Assembly (NCBI GenBank): GCA_963628435.1
Contig: CAVGEY010000007.1
Location: 12,831-76,830 of the forward strand
Reading direction: 5' to 3'
Length of the DNA stretch: 64,000 nucleotides
Origin: a bacterium
GTDB lineage: Bacteria; Bacillota; Clostridia; Oscillospirales; CAG-272
This document shows, in pieces, positions 35,719-44,519 of this stretch. The notes under the pieces are model-generated. The model had not been told where the DNA came from. It worked only from the letters and a program-made list of their open reading frames with translations, and did not search any database. The position numbers and the translations under genes are program-made. The first letter of the stretch is position 1. The number at the start of each line of letters is the position of its first letter.

Positions 35719-37932
35719 ATGAGCGGATATTCCGAAAACGAAATAAAAGAAAAACTCGAAAAAATCGGATTCGCCCTTGATGACTGCGGCGCGTGGTTGA
35801 GTGCCGACAGGGATAAGGACGGAAACAGAAAGACGCAGATTGCCATGATAATATCCGGACAGACGGCAGTGGTTGATCTCGAAAGCGGGGCCGTCGTTTT
35901 CCGCCTTGATTTGAGCAAAATCGAAAAGATGACGCTCGAGGAAGAAATTTCGGGCTGTCGGATCGTCTGCCGCACCGCCGGCGCAGATCTGATTGCGGCA
36001 TCGATGTCCTATGCATGCAAGGATGACGCATATAAATTCGTCGATGTGTTCGAAAAGATAAAATGCGGACAGAGCTTTGAAAAGGCAAAGCCGGATGACT
36101 GTATCTGCCCGAAATGCGGTATGCGCTATCCGGATAAAGGCAGAAAGTTCTGCCCCAACTGTTCGGATAACGGCAAGGTCATCGGCAGAATGTCGGTTTT
36201 CTTCAAAAAATATATTCCGCAAATGGTAATAACTTTTCTCCTTCTCGCCCTGCAGAGTGTGATTTCGGTTGTCGCGCCTTATATCAGTTCGGGATTTTAT
36301 TACGATGAGGTTCTTTCGGCCGACGGCAGCTTCTACGGACAGCTTCTTTTCGTGCTGACTCTTGTCATTGCTCTGAGACTGTTGAGAATCGGCGTTGAAA
36401 CATTCTCGTCGATAGTAAGCAGTAAAATATCCGCAAAGCTCGCCTTTGATATGAAAAAGACGGTTTTCGATTCGATTGAACGGCTGTCGGTTTCATATTT
36501 TTCCACACGTTCGACGGGCGGTCTTATGAATCAGGTAAATAACGACTCGGAACGTATATACTGGTTTTTTACCGACGGAGTCCCGAATCTTGTTATAAAT
36601 GCCGTTCAGTTTGTATGCGTGTTTATTATAATGCTGACGATTAACCCGCTTCTGACCTTTCTTTCTCTGATACTTTTGCCGCTTTCGGTTTATCTTATCG
36701 GAAAAGCCTATAATCATAACCGTATGCTTCACGCGAAGCAGTATTCCAAAGAACGTTCAATGAACGGAATGCTCTCCGATTTGCTTACCGGCATACGCGT
36801 TGTAAAAACATTCGCAACCGAAAAAAGAGAAGCGGCAAGATTCGATTCCGCAAATTCCGGACTTGCCCGTGCGAGCCGCAGGACGTCGCTGTTCTCGTCA
36901 ACGGCATATCCGCTGCTTAATGTTCTGGTTTATATCGGCGTCGTGGTAGTCTGGGCGGTAGGCGGCCGGATGGTTATAACCGAAAGTTTCGGAATGACAT
37001 ACGGACTTTTGCTGACATTCATAGCATATATTTCAATGATTTATTCACCGATGTATATGCTGGTCGATATGGCTCAGAACGCGTCCGAAAGTATGAACGC
37101 GATGAGCAGACTGCTTGAAATCATGGATGCAAAGCCCGAGGTCGGCGAAAGCGAAAATCCGGTAAAGCTTACCGATTTCAAGGGGAAAGTCGAATTTCGC
37201 AATGTCAAATTCTCGTATGTGAAAAACCGCACCGTACTTGATAATATCACATTTGATATCGAAGCGGGAGGAAATGTCGGAATAGTCGGACATACCGGCG
37301 CGGGCAAATCCACAATCGCCAATCTTTTGATACGTCTTTATGATGTGGATGACGGAGAAATTCTGATTGACGGGGTAAACATCAAAAATATATCGTTTGA
37401 AGACCTGCATAAAAATATAGCCATAGTATCTCAGGAAACATATCTCTTTTCGGGAACGATTTACGATAATATCAGATATTCGTGCAGTTCGGCAAGTAAA
37501 CAGGAAGTGATAGCAGCTGCGAAAGCTGCCGGAGCACACGATTTTATATCGAAACTGCCGGACGGATACGAAACCAAAGTCGGACAGGGATATAAAGAGC
37601 TGTCCGGCGGAGAACGACAGCGTATATCGATTGCGAGAGCGATTCTCAGAAATCCGAAAATCCTGATTCTCGATGAGGCAACCGCTGCAATGGATACCAA
37701 AACCGAACAGATGATTCAGAAAACACTGGATAAACTGTCCGAAGGACGCACCACAATCACAATCGCACACAGGCTTTCGACTCTGAAAAAAGCGGATAAG
37801 CTGTTTGTCATAAAAGATAAAACGGTTTGCGAAAGCGGCAGACCTGCGGAGCTTATCGCCAAAAAAGGAGTTTATTGGAGGCTCTATACCCTTCAGCTCG
37901 AGGCGCTTCGCGATGCCGGCATCGCAGAATAA
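35719..37932 (+). CDS. ABC exporter half-transporter (TMD-NBD) with a ~160-aa N-terminal cytosolic zinc-ribbon extension; cassette 1, position 1
   Basis: Walker A GHTGAGKST, LSGGERQRISIARA, ILILDEATAAMD, ITIAHRLST. CPKC-x11-CPNC at nt 36106-36162. Perfect consensus promoter and SD GAGAGGAG upstream. Confidence 0.9.
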   Translation: MSGYSENEIKEKLEKIGFALDDCGAWLSADRDKDGNRKTQIAMIISGQTAVVDLESGAVVFRLDLSKIEKMTLEEEISGCRIVCRTAGADLIAASMSYACKDDAYKFVDVFEKIKCGQSFEKAKPDDCICPKCGMRYPDKGRKFCPNCSDNGKVIGRMSVFFKKYIPQMVITFLLLALQSVISVVAPYISSGFYYDEVLSADGSFYGQLLFVLTLVIALRLLRIGVETFSSIVSSKISAKLAFDMKKTVFDSIERLSVSYFSTRSTGGLMNQVNNDSERIYWFFTDGVPNLVINAVQFVCVFIIMLTINPLLTFLSLILLPLSVYLIGKAYNHNRMLHAKQYSKERSMNGMLSDLLTGIRVVKTFATEKREAARFDSANSGLARASRRTSLFSSTAYPLLNVLVYIGVVVVWAVGGRMVITESFGMTYGLLLTFIAYISMIYSPMYMLVDMAQNASESMNAMSRLLEIMDAKPEVGESENPVKLTDFKGKVEFRNVKFSYVKNRTVLDNITFDIEAGGNVGIVGHTGAGKSTIANLLIRLYDVDDGEILIDGVNIKNISFEDLHKNIAIVSQETYLFSGTIYDNIRYSCSSASKQEVIAAAKAAGAHDFISKLPDGYETKVGQGYKELSGGERQRISIARAILRNPKILILDEATAAMDTKTEQMIQKTLDKLSEGRTTITIAHRLSTLKKADKLFVIKDKTVCESGRPAELIAKKGVYWRLYTLQLEALRDAGIAE

Positions 37933-37969
37933 AGCCGGGTAAATCAGAATATATACGAAAGGGAGCTAT

Positions 37970-38491
37970 ATGACAGACAGAAACGGGAGTATGCAGATTT
38001 CGTATCTGACATGTAAAAATACCGCGTTTTTCAAAAGCGGTGATTTTATAGGACTGAAAACCAATATTTCGGACAATTCGGAAGAACGAACGGTTCAGAG
38101 AGTTCATCTGCGCCGTATGTTTCCGTTTTCCGAACTTTTTACCGACATTTCGGTTCAGGATGACGACGGCGAGGAAATAGGACTTATATCGAACATTGCC
38201 GATTTTATGCCCGATACCGCGAAAATGCTTCGCGATGAACTTGAAAAAACCTATTTCGTGCCGAAGATAAAAAGTATCCGTTCGCTGAAAGAACGATTCG
38301 GCTTTTCGACATGGAAGGTGCAGACAGATGTCGGCGATGCCGAGTTTACCCTTCGCGATACATACAGATCGATGGTGTTCGCGGGCGGCGGCAGAATATT
38401 CCTTGTCGATTCGGACGGAAACAGATATGAGATTCCGGATGTGAATAAGCTCGACCGCAAATCATACAAGAAGATAGAACTTTATATTTAA
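37970..38491 (+). CDS. DUF1854-like small cytosolic protein (173 aa); cassette 1, position 2
   Basis: RMFPFS...EIGLISNI..F...L.DELEKTYFVPKIKSI.SLKE..G...D.DGNRYEIP....LD.KSYKKIELYI. SD AAGGGAG. No TM helix or signal peptide. Family call from memory. Confidence 0.75.
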   Translation: MTDRNGSMQISYLTCKNTAFFKSGDFIGLKTNISDNSEERTVQRVHLRRMFPFSELFTDISVQDDDGEEIGLISNIADFMPDTAKMLRDELEKTYFVPKIKSIRSLKERFGFSTWKVQTDVGDAEFTLRDTYRSMVFAGGGRIFLVDSDGNRYEIPDVNKLDRKSYKKIELYI

Positions 38492-38521
38492 CCGATTCTA
38501 CATCCGAAAGGAGGTGCCGCA

Positions 38522-40786
38522 TTGACCGATAATGAAAGGGAGCTGTACGAACGGCTCGGCAAAGAAGTGCTTCTTGAATATTCGGAGGAGCCGCTTGCCC
38601 TTCTTGCATACGATATTTCCGAAGCGGGGGGAATGCTGACCGACGGATGCCTGATTTTTTACAGAGACTGCTATGTTGTGGTGGAAGACGGAACGGCAAT
38701 ATCGAGAGTACGTCTCGAGGGCGGAGAAAGGTATACCGCAAGGCTGCTTTCGGGAGCGGTTCGCCTTGAACTTGAAACCGATAAAAACACATCTTATTCG
38801 GTGTGCAGAGCAACCGTATCGCATAAATCCGACTTTTTTGAGGTTGCGGAACGTTTATCACCCGAGTTTGACCGGAGAATGCCGCCGAGACGCCGGGAGC
38901 ACAGGGCGACGAGATGCAGAAAATGCGGCAGACCGCTTCCGCCCGATCAGACCGACGATCTCTGTCTGCGCTGCCGCGATAAGAAGCGCAGCCTGAAACA
39001 GTTCTGGGAAATAGTAAAAGCCGATAAACGGTATATTTTCGCATCTGTTGCGCTTTTCGCGGTCGTTACATTTGTAAATCTTATTTCTCCCAAGCTCAAT
39101 CAGCTGCTTGTTGACGGATATATCACACCGAAAAATAAAGATCTTATCGGATTTCTTTCGGTAATCGCCGCAATGTTCGCGTCAACCCTTGTCGCAAAAG
39201 GCGTTTCAATAGTCCGCAGTATTTTGCTTATAAAGGCAAGCAGCAATATTATCACAAGACTGCGCAACAGCGTTTTCGCGAAAATACAGTCGCTTTCGGT
39301 TGCGAACATCAACCGCCGCACAGCCGGCAATATAATGCAGAGAGTGACACGCGATACATCTGTTGTTCAGCGCTTTCTTACAGACGAACTTCCCGGAATC
39401 GCCGAACAGTCTTTTCTCTTTATTGCGGTTGCGGTGATAATCATCAAATATGATTTCCGACTCGCGCTGATTGTGTTCGCTCCTCTGCCGATTTATGTGC
39501 TCGCTCACCGCCTGTTCAGAAATAAGACTCATAGAATGTACGAGGGACAGTGGCAGTGCGGAGATAAAATCCAGACACTTCTGCACGATGTTTTTTCGGG
39601 TATCCGTATAGTGAAGGCATACGGCAGGGAAAAGGATGAAGTCGAAAGATTCGGGAAACTGGCGTCTGAAGAACGCACGGTCAAAGTCAGAAATGAGTGC
39701 TTCTGGGCGATTTTCAACCCGCTTGTCAACTTTCTCGCAAGCGCCGGAGAATTTGTTATTCTGTATTTCGTCGGCAACAAGGTGCTTTCGGGAGAAATGA
39801 CACTCGGAACGATGCAGATGTTTTCATCTTACGTCAGCCTTATATACGGCCCAGCGAGGGCGTTCGGCCGTATGCCGAGACAGATTGTGCGTCTGCTCGG
39901 ATCGGTATCGAAGATTTTCGAGATTTACGATGAAAAATCGGATGTTCCCGAAACCGATAATCCGATTGATAACGATGTAGTCGGAAAAATCGAATTCAAA
40001 AATGTCAGCTTCGGATACGATGAAGAAAAAGAGGTGCTTCACGATATAAATCTGACGGTCAATCCGGGAGAAATGATCGGAATTGTCGGCAGGTCGGGTG
40101 TCGGAAAATCAACTCTTATAAATCTTGTAATGCGTATGTATGATGTGGATAAGGGACAGATACTTATAGACGGACAGGACATACGCGATTATTCGCAGGA
40201 AAATCTCCGTAAAAATATGGGTGCGGTGCTTCAGGAAACATTCCTGTTCAGCGGATCAATTTACGATAATATCGCATACGCGAAGCCGAACGCAACCAAA
40301 GATGAAATAATGAACGTCGCAAAACTTGCGGGCGCCCACGGCTTTATATCCCGTCTGCCGGATGCATATCAGACATATATCGGAGAGAGAGGATACACTC
40401 TGTCGGGAGGAGAACGCCAGCGGCTTGCAATCGCGAGAGCACTTCTCAGAAATCCGAGAATTCTCATACTCGATGAGGCAACGGCGTCCCTCGATACCGA
40501 AACCGAAAAACAGATACAGGATGCACTTGCGGGACTTATCGCCGACCGTACCACCATAGCGATTGCACACAGACTCTCGACGCTCAGACTTGCGACAAAA
40601 CTCGTAGTGCTTGACAGAGGAAGAATCGCCGAAGTCGGTACACATGATGAACTGATGCGCAGGAAAGGCATATATTACGAGCTTGTAATCGCTCAAAAGA
40701 GCATTTACGATATGCCGCACGGCGAAGACGAAAACGGTCGGATGCCGCAAAATGATGAAATGCACGCCGATGCGCCGCCGGCATGA
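38522..40786 (+). CDS. ABC exporter half-transporter with a ~165-aa N-terminal zinc-ribbon extension; cassette 1, position 3
   Basis: TTG start 7 nt after AGGAGG. GRSGVGKST, LSGGERQRLAIARA, ILILDEATASLD, IAIAHRLST. CRKC-x12-CLRC at 38915-38974. Confidence 0.9.
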   Translation: MTDNERELYERLGKEVLLEYSEEPLALLAYDISEAGGMLTDGCLIFYRDCYVVVEDGTAISRVRLEGGERYTARLLSGAVRLELETDKNTSYSVCRATVSHKSDFFEVAERLSPEFDRRMPPRRREHRATRCRKCGRPLPPDQTDDLCLRCRDKKRSLKQFWEIVKADKRYIFASVALFAVVTFVNLISPKLNQLLVDGYITPKNKDLIGFLSVIAAMFASTLVAKGVSIVRSILLIKASSNIITRLRNSVFAKIQSLSVANINRRTAGNIMQRVTRDTSVVQRFLTDELPGIAEQSFLFIAVAVIIIKYDFRLALIVFAPLPIYVLAHRLFRNKTHRMYEGQWQCGDKIQTLLHDVFSGIRIVKAYGREKDEVERFGKLASEERTVKVRNECFWAIFNPLVNFLASAGEFVILYFVGNKVLSGEMTLGTMQMFSSYVSLIYGPARAFGRMPRQIVRLLGSVSKIFEIYDEKSDVPETDNPIDNDVVGKIEFKNVSFGYDEEKEVLHDINLTVNPGEMIGIVGRSGVGKSTLINLVMRMYDVDKGQILIDGQDIRDYSQENLRKNMGAVLQETFLFSGSIYDNIAYAKPNATKDEIMNVAKLAGAHGFISRLPDAYQTYIGERGYTLSGGERQRLAIARALLRNPRILILDEATASLDTETEKQIQDALAGLIADRTTIAIAHRLSTLRLATKLVVLDRGRIAEVGTHDELMRRKGIYYELVIAQKSIYDMPHGEDENGRMPQNDEMHADAPPA

Positions 40787-40814
40787 TAAGCGGTGACGGC
40801 AGGAAAACAACAAG

Positions 40815-41600
40815 ATGAAAACAGATAATAATACGGAAATGCCGTTTGCGGTTGACGACGAGCAAGAAACGCGCTTTCGGGTAGCGGTTCAAAATGTAAT
40901 CGGCGGCACCGATAATCGCGACGGAATAGGAACACTCGGTGAAAAAACGCTTCACGCCGCGCTGAAACTGTATTTTGAACCCGATACGGCATATCACGAG
41001 ATTAAGACGGGAAGATTTTATGCCGATATCGCACGTGAAGGTCAAATTATCGAAATCCAAACCCGTTCATTCGACAGACTGCGCGAAAAAATACCCTATT
41101 TTCTTGACGAAGGCTATCTTGTAACCGTTGTCTATCCCGTTCCCGCGATAAAATGGCTCAGCTGGATTGATTCCGAATGCGGAAGCGTCAGCGAAAAAAG
41201 GAAAAGTCCGAAAAAGGGAAGCGTCTATTCGATTATTCCCGAACTGTATAAGATTAAACCCTGGCTCGCTCATCGAAACCTCGAATTTGAAATTCTGCTT
41301 CTCGAAGTTCGCGATTACAGAAATCTTGACGGCTTCGGCAAAGACAGAAAAATCAGATCGACAAGATATGAGCGCATACCGATTTCGCTGCTCGGCGAAA
41401 CCCGCACAGGCGCCGCAGACGGCTTTTCGGTATTTATTCCCGATAATCTGCCCGATGAATTTACCTCTTCCGACTTCGCATCTGCGGCGAAAATCACTAA
41501 ATCGCTTGCATCGGCCACCTTGTCGATATTGTACGGAGTCTCCTCCGTTGAACGTATCGGTAAAAGGGGCAGGGGATATCTTTATAAACTTTCAATCTGA
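40815..41600 (+). CDS. Hypothetical protein with a PD-(D/E)xK (CoiA-like) nuclease-type motif
   Basis: GEKTLHAALKLYFE...RFYADIAREGQIIEIQTRSF resembles the D...(E/Q)xK/EIQ core of restriction-endonuclease-fold proteins. Lies 29 nt after the cassette-1 stop, with a strong bidirectional terminator after it. Confidence 0.5.
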   Translation: MKTDNNTEMPFAVDDEQETRFRVAVQNVIGGTDNRDGIGTLGEKTLHAALKLYFEPDTAYHEIKTGRFYADIAREGQIIEIQTRSFDRLREKIPYFLDEGYLVTVVYPVPAIKWLSWIDSECGSVSEKRKSPKKGSVYSIIPELYKIKPWLAHRNLEFEILLLEVRDYRNLDGFGKDRKIRSTRYERIPISLLGETRTGAADGFSVFIPDNLPDEFTSSDFASAAKITKSLASATLSILYGVSSVERIGKRGRGYLYKLSI

Positions 41601-41614
41601 ATTTTGCCATATAT

Positions 41615-41653
41615 AAAAAGCAGTCCGTATTTCAAAAATACGGACTGTTTTTC
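41615..41653. terminator. Bidirectional terminator separating the two ABC cassettes
   Basis: CAGTCCGTA / TACGGACTG stem, preceded by AAAAAG and followed by TTTTTC. Confidence 0.85.
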
Positions 41654-41670
41654 TATGTTTTGTTTTTTTA

Positions 41671-43875
41671 TCAGCCTTTTGCGAGAGCCGCTTCGGTCTG
41701 CGCCATAACGAGCTTGTAATAGATGCCCTTCTGTTGCAGAAGTTCGGCGTGCGTTCCGAATTCGGCAACATGACCGTGATCAAGCACCAGTATCTTGTCG
41801 GCACCGCGAAGAGTTGAAAGTCTGTGAGCGATGGCAAGAGTTGTTCTGTTTTCGGTAAGGTTGTTTATTGCATCCTGAATCAGCTTTTCGGTTTCGGTAT
41901 CGAGTGCCGCGGTTGCCTCATCGAGAATAAGAATTGACGGATTGTGAATGAGCGCACGGGCGATGGCGATTCTCTGACGTTCTCCGCCCGACAGCGAATA
42001 GCCTTTCTCGCCGACCATAGTGTTGTATCCTTCGGGAAGATTCAGAATGAAATCGTGAGCGTTTGCCATGCGTGCGGCGTTGATTACCTCTTCATTTGTG
42101 GCATCCGGCTTGCTGTATTTGATGTTGTCTCTTACCGTTCCGGAAAACAGATGTGTTTCCTGAAGAACGACACCAATCTGCGAACGCAGCGAGTTCTGCG
42201 ACAAATCGCGGATGTCTACACCGTCAAGAACGATTCTTCCGCTGTTGGGATCGTACAGACGCATAATGAGGTTGATGAGAGTCGTTTTTCCGCATCCCGA
42301 ATGACCGACAATGCCGATCATTTCGCCCTGCTTAACTTCAAGATTTACATGTTCGAGAACGGGGTTGTAGCTGTCGTATCCGAATGTTACGTTTCTGACC
42401 GAAAGATTTCCGCGAACCTGAATATCGCGCGGACATTTCTGGTCTTCAACCTCGGGCTCTTCTTCAAGTACCTCGAGTATCTTGCTGAGCGATGTGAAAA
42501 ACTGTGTTATGTTACGCGGAATCTGATTTATCTGCATCAGCGGCTCGTAAAGTATGCCTGCATAGCTGTTGAACTGGTTGAGTTCACCGACCGACATTGT
42601 CCCGTTGAAAAGGAGAATGTTGCCGTAAAGCAGAATAAGATAGTTTCCGAAACGAAGTATGAATCCGACAATCGGGAAGAAAAAGTCAAACAGCTTGTCG
42701 GTTGCCTCGTTCTGTTTTGCGTATTTGTCAACGCTTGTTGAAAAATTCTCAACCGCGCGCTTCTCGCTTCCGTAGTTCTTTACGACTCTTATTCCGTTCA
42801 GGGTGTCCTGAAGATAGATGTTCACTCTGTAACTGAGCAGCCACGATTTGTGCCATTTTCTGCCCATCGTATCCCAAAATTTTATAATTGCGATTATCGC
42901 AATCGGAAGCGGAATAAAGACAAACAGACACATCAGCGGGTTTATCGTAATAAGAATGAACAGTGCAACGACAAACGAGAAGATCTGTGAGAAATAGGTA
43001 GGCAGCAGATTCGTGATGAAGTTCTGAACGACGTTTACGTCGCCGTTGATACGTCCCATCATGTCGCCCGTCGATTTTCTGCCGAGAGATGACATTGACA
43101 GCGAATTCAGCTTTTCAAAGAGCTGCTGACGCATGCGCAGCGTAAACCTGTTGCCCGAAATCGCCGAGATGCGTCCGTGAATAACGCTGATGGCACGCTG
43201 TACGATGTCGAGTGTTATCATCGCGATAACAACCGCGATGAATCCGCTTGTCGCTCCCGCAATTCCGTCTTCGGGAACGATGTATTTGTTTATGGCGTTT
43301 TTCTGAACCGCGGGAATGACAAATCGCAGCACAATCGAAACCGCCGATGCGAAAAGCGGGAAGAACAGCATCAGTCTCATGCCGGATGTCATATCCCAAA
43401 GTTTTTTGTATACATCCGATTTTTTTCTGCAGAAGGGACAGAACTTTGTTCCCTTGAGAAAACGCCTGCCGCAGGTCGGACAGAACAGTTCGGGTTCATT
43501 GCTTGTTATCGGTTCGGATGCGGCATCTTCTTTAAGGATTTCGCAGGCGCGTGCAAGCACCGAAAAACGCGCGAGATGCTTTCCCGAAACAAAACGGCAG
43601 ATAAGAGTAGTGCATCCGTCCTTTTTAACATAGAAACCGCCGCTTCCGTAAAGCTTTTCGGTATGAAAGTCGGATAAATCGGAAATCAAAAGATTCTCGA
43701 CAACCGCCATTCGGCGTGTTTTCAGCAGATGATGCGCCGTGACCGCGACAAAACCGTCATCGATGAAATCATCGTTTTCTATGTCGTACGGGATGCAGTA
43801 GAGGATTTTTTCGCCATCTGCCGCCTTTTTTATATTTTCCCTAAGTGTTGTGGGCAGTGAGTATAACAGCTTCAT
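41671..43875 (-). CDS. ABC exporter half-transporter with an N-terminal zinc-ribbon extension; cassette 2, position 3
   Basis: ATG at 43875 lies 5 nt after GGGAGGTGA. GHSGCGKTT, LSGGERQRIAIARA, ILILDEATAALD, LAIAHRLST. CPTC-x10-CPFC at complement 43429-43482. Confidence 0.9.
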   Translation of the reverse strand: MKLLYSLPTTLRENIKKAADGEKILYCIPYDIENDDFIDDGFVAVTAHHLLKTRRMAVVENLLISDLSDFHTEKLYGSGGFYVKKDGCTTLICRFVSGKHLARFSVLARACEILKEDAASEPITSNEPELFCPTCGRRFLKGTKFCPFCRKKSDVYKKLWDMTSGMRLMLFFPLFASAVSIVLRFVIPAVQKNAINKYIVPEDGIAGATSGFIAVVIAMITLDIVQRAISVIHGRISAISGNRFTLRMRQQLFEKLNSLSMSSLGRKSTGDMMGRINGDVNVVQNFITNLLPTYFSQIFSFVVALFILITINPLMCLFVFIPLPIAIIAIIKFWDTMGRKWHKSWLLSYRVNIYLQDTLNGIRVVKNYGSEKRAVENFSTSVDKYAKQNEATDKLFDFFFPIVGFILRFGNYLILLYGNILLFNGTMSVGELNQFNSYAGILYEPLMQINQIPRNITQFFTSLSKILEVLEEEPEVEDQKCPRDIQVRGNLSVRNVTFGYDSYNPVLEHVNLEVKQGEMIGIVGHSGCGKTTLINLIMRLYDPNSGRIVLDGVDIRDLSQNSLRSQIGVVLQETHLFSGTVRDNIKYSKPDATNEEVINAARMANAHDFILNLPEGYNTMVGEKGYSLSGGERQRIAIARALIHNPSILILDEATAALDTETEKLIQDAINNLTENRTTLAIAHRLSTLRGADKILVLDHGHVAEFGTHAELLQQKGIYYKLVMAQTEAALAKG

Positions 43876-43893
43876 TACCGTCACCTCCCGAAA

Positions 43894-44487
43894 TCAGAGA
43901 TAAATCTCTATGATCTTGTAACTTGACTTGTCGAGCTTTTTCGGATTCGGTATGCAGAAGCAGTTGCCGTCGGTGTCGGTTATAAGTACACGGTTATCCT
44001 CAAGAGTACGAATATTGTTTGTCGGGTTGTTAAGCACAAAGGTTATTCTTCCCGCGCTTGTGAGAGCCTCGGTATAGTAATAACCGTATTTTTCCTTCAT
44101 ACTGTAAATGTGCTTGATTTCGGGAACGAAATAGCGTCTGTCAAGCTCTTCACAGAGAAGAGCAACCGTATCCTTGTCAAAACTGTTGATGTTTTCAATC
44201 AGCCCGATTTCATCGCCTCTGCCTCTCGTACGGGTGTCGGGTTCGCGAATCGAAATATATTCATCGGGATCGGTAATCGGAAAAGATCTGACTATAACGA
44301 CACGCTCGAAAAATTCTTCACCTTTTTCGGGAGTATTGAGCGTAAGCGAAATAAGTCCGCCCTCGGATCTTGAAAAATGAGCGTTCTCCGGTGTAAGCGG
44401 TACCGATTTTCTGTGCTCGAACAGCGCCGCCGCATCTTTGTCATCGCCATCGGCGACGTCGGTTTTTTTAACATTTGCCTCAGCCAT
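43894..44487 (-). CDS. DUF1854-like small cytosolic protein (197 aa); cassette 2, position 2
   Basis: RSFPIT...EIGLIENINSF...L.EELDRRYFVPEIKHIYSMKE.YG...DTDGNCFCIP....LDKSSYKIIEIYL. SD GAAAGGAAGG. Confidence 0.75.
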   Translation of the reverse strand: MAEANVKKTDVADGDDKDAAALFEHRKSVPLTPENAHFSRSEGGLISLTLNTPEKGEEFFERVVIVRSFPITDPDEYISIREPDTRTRGRGDEIGLIENINSFDKDTVALLCEELDRRYFVPEIKHIYSMKEKYGYYYTEALTSAGRITFVLNNPTNNIRTLEDNRVLITDTDGNCFCIPNPKKLDKSSYKIIEIYL

Positions 44488-44519
44488 TCTTTAATTCCTT
44501 CCTTTCAGAGAAGATCGGA

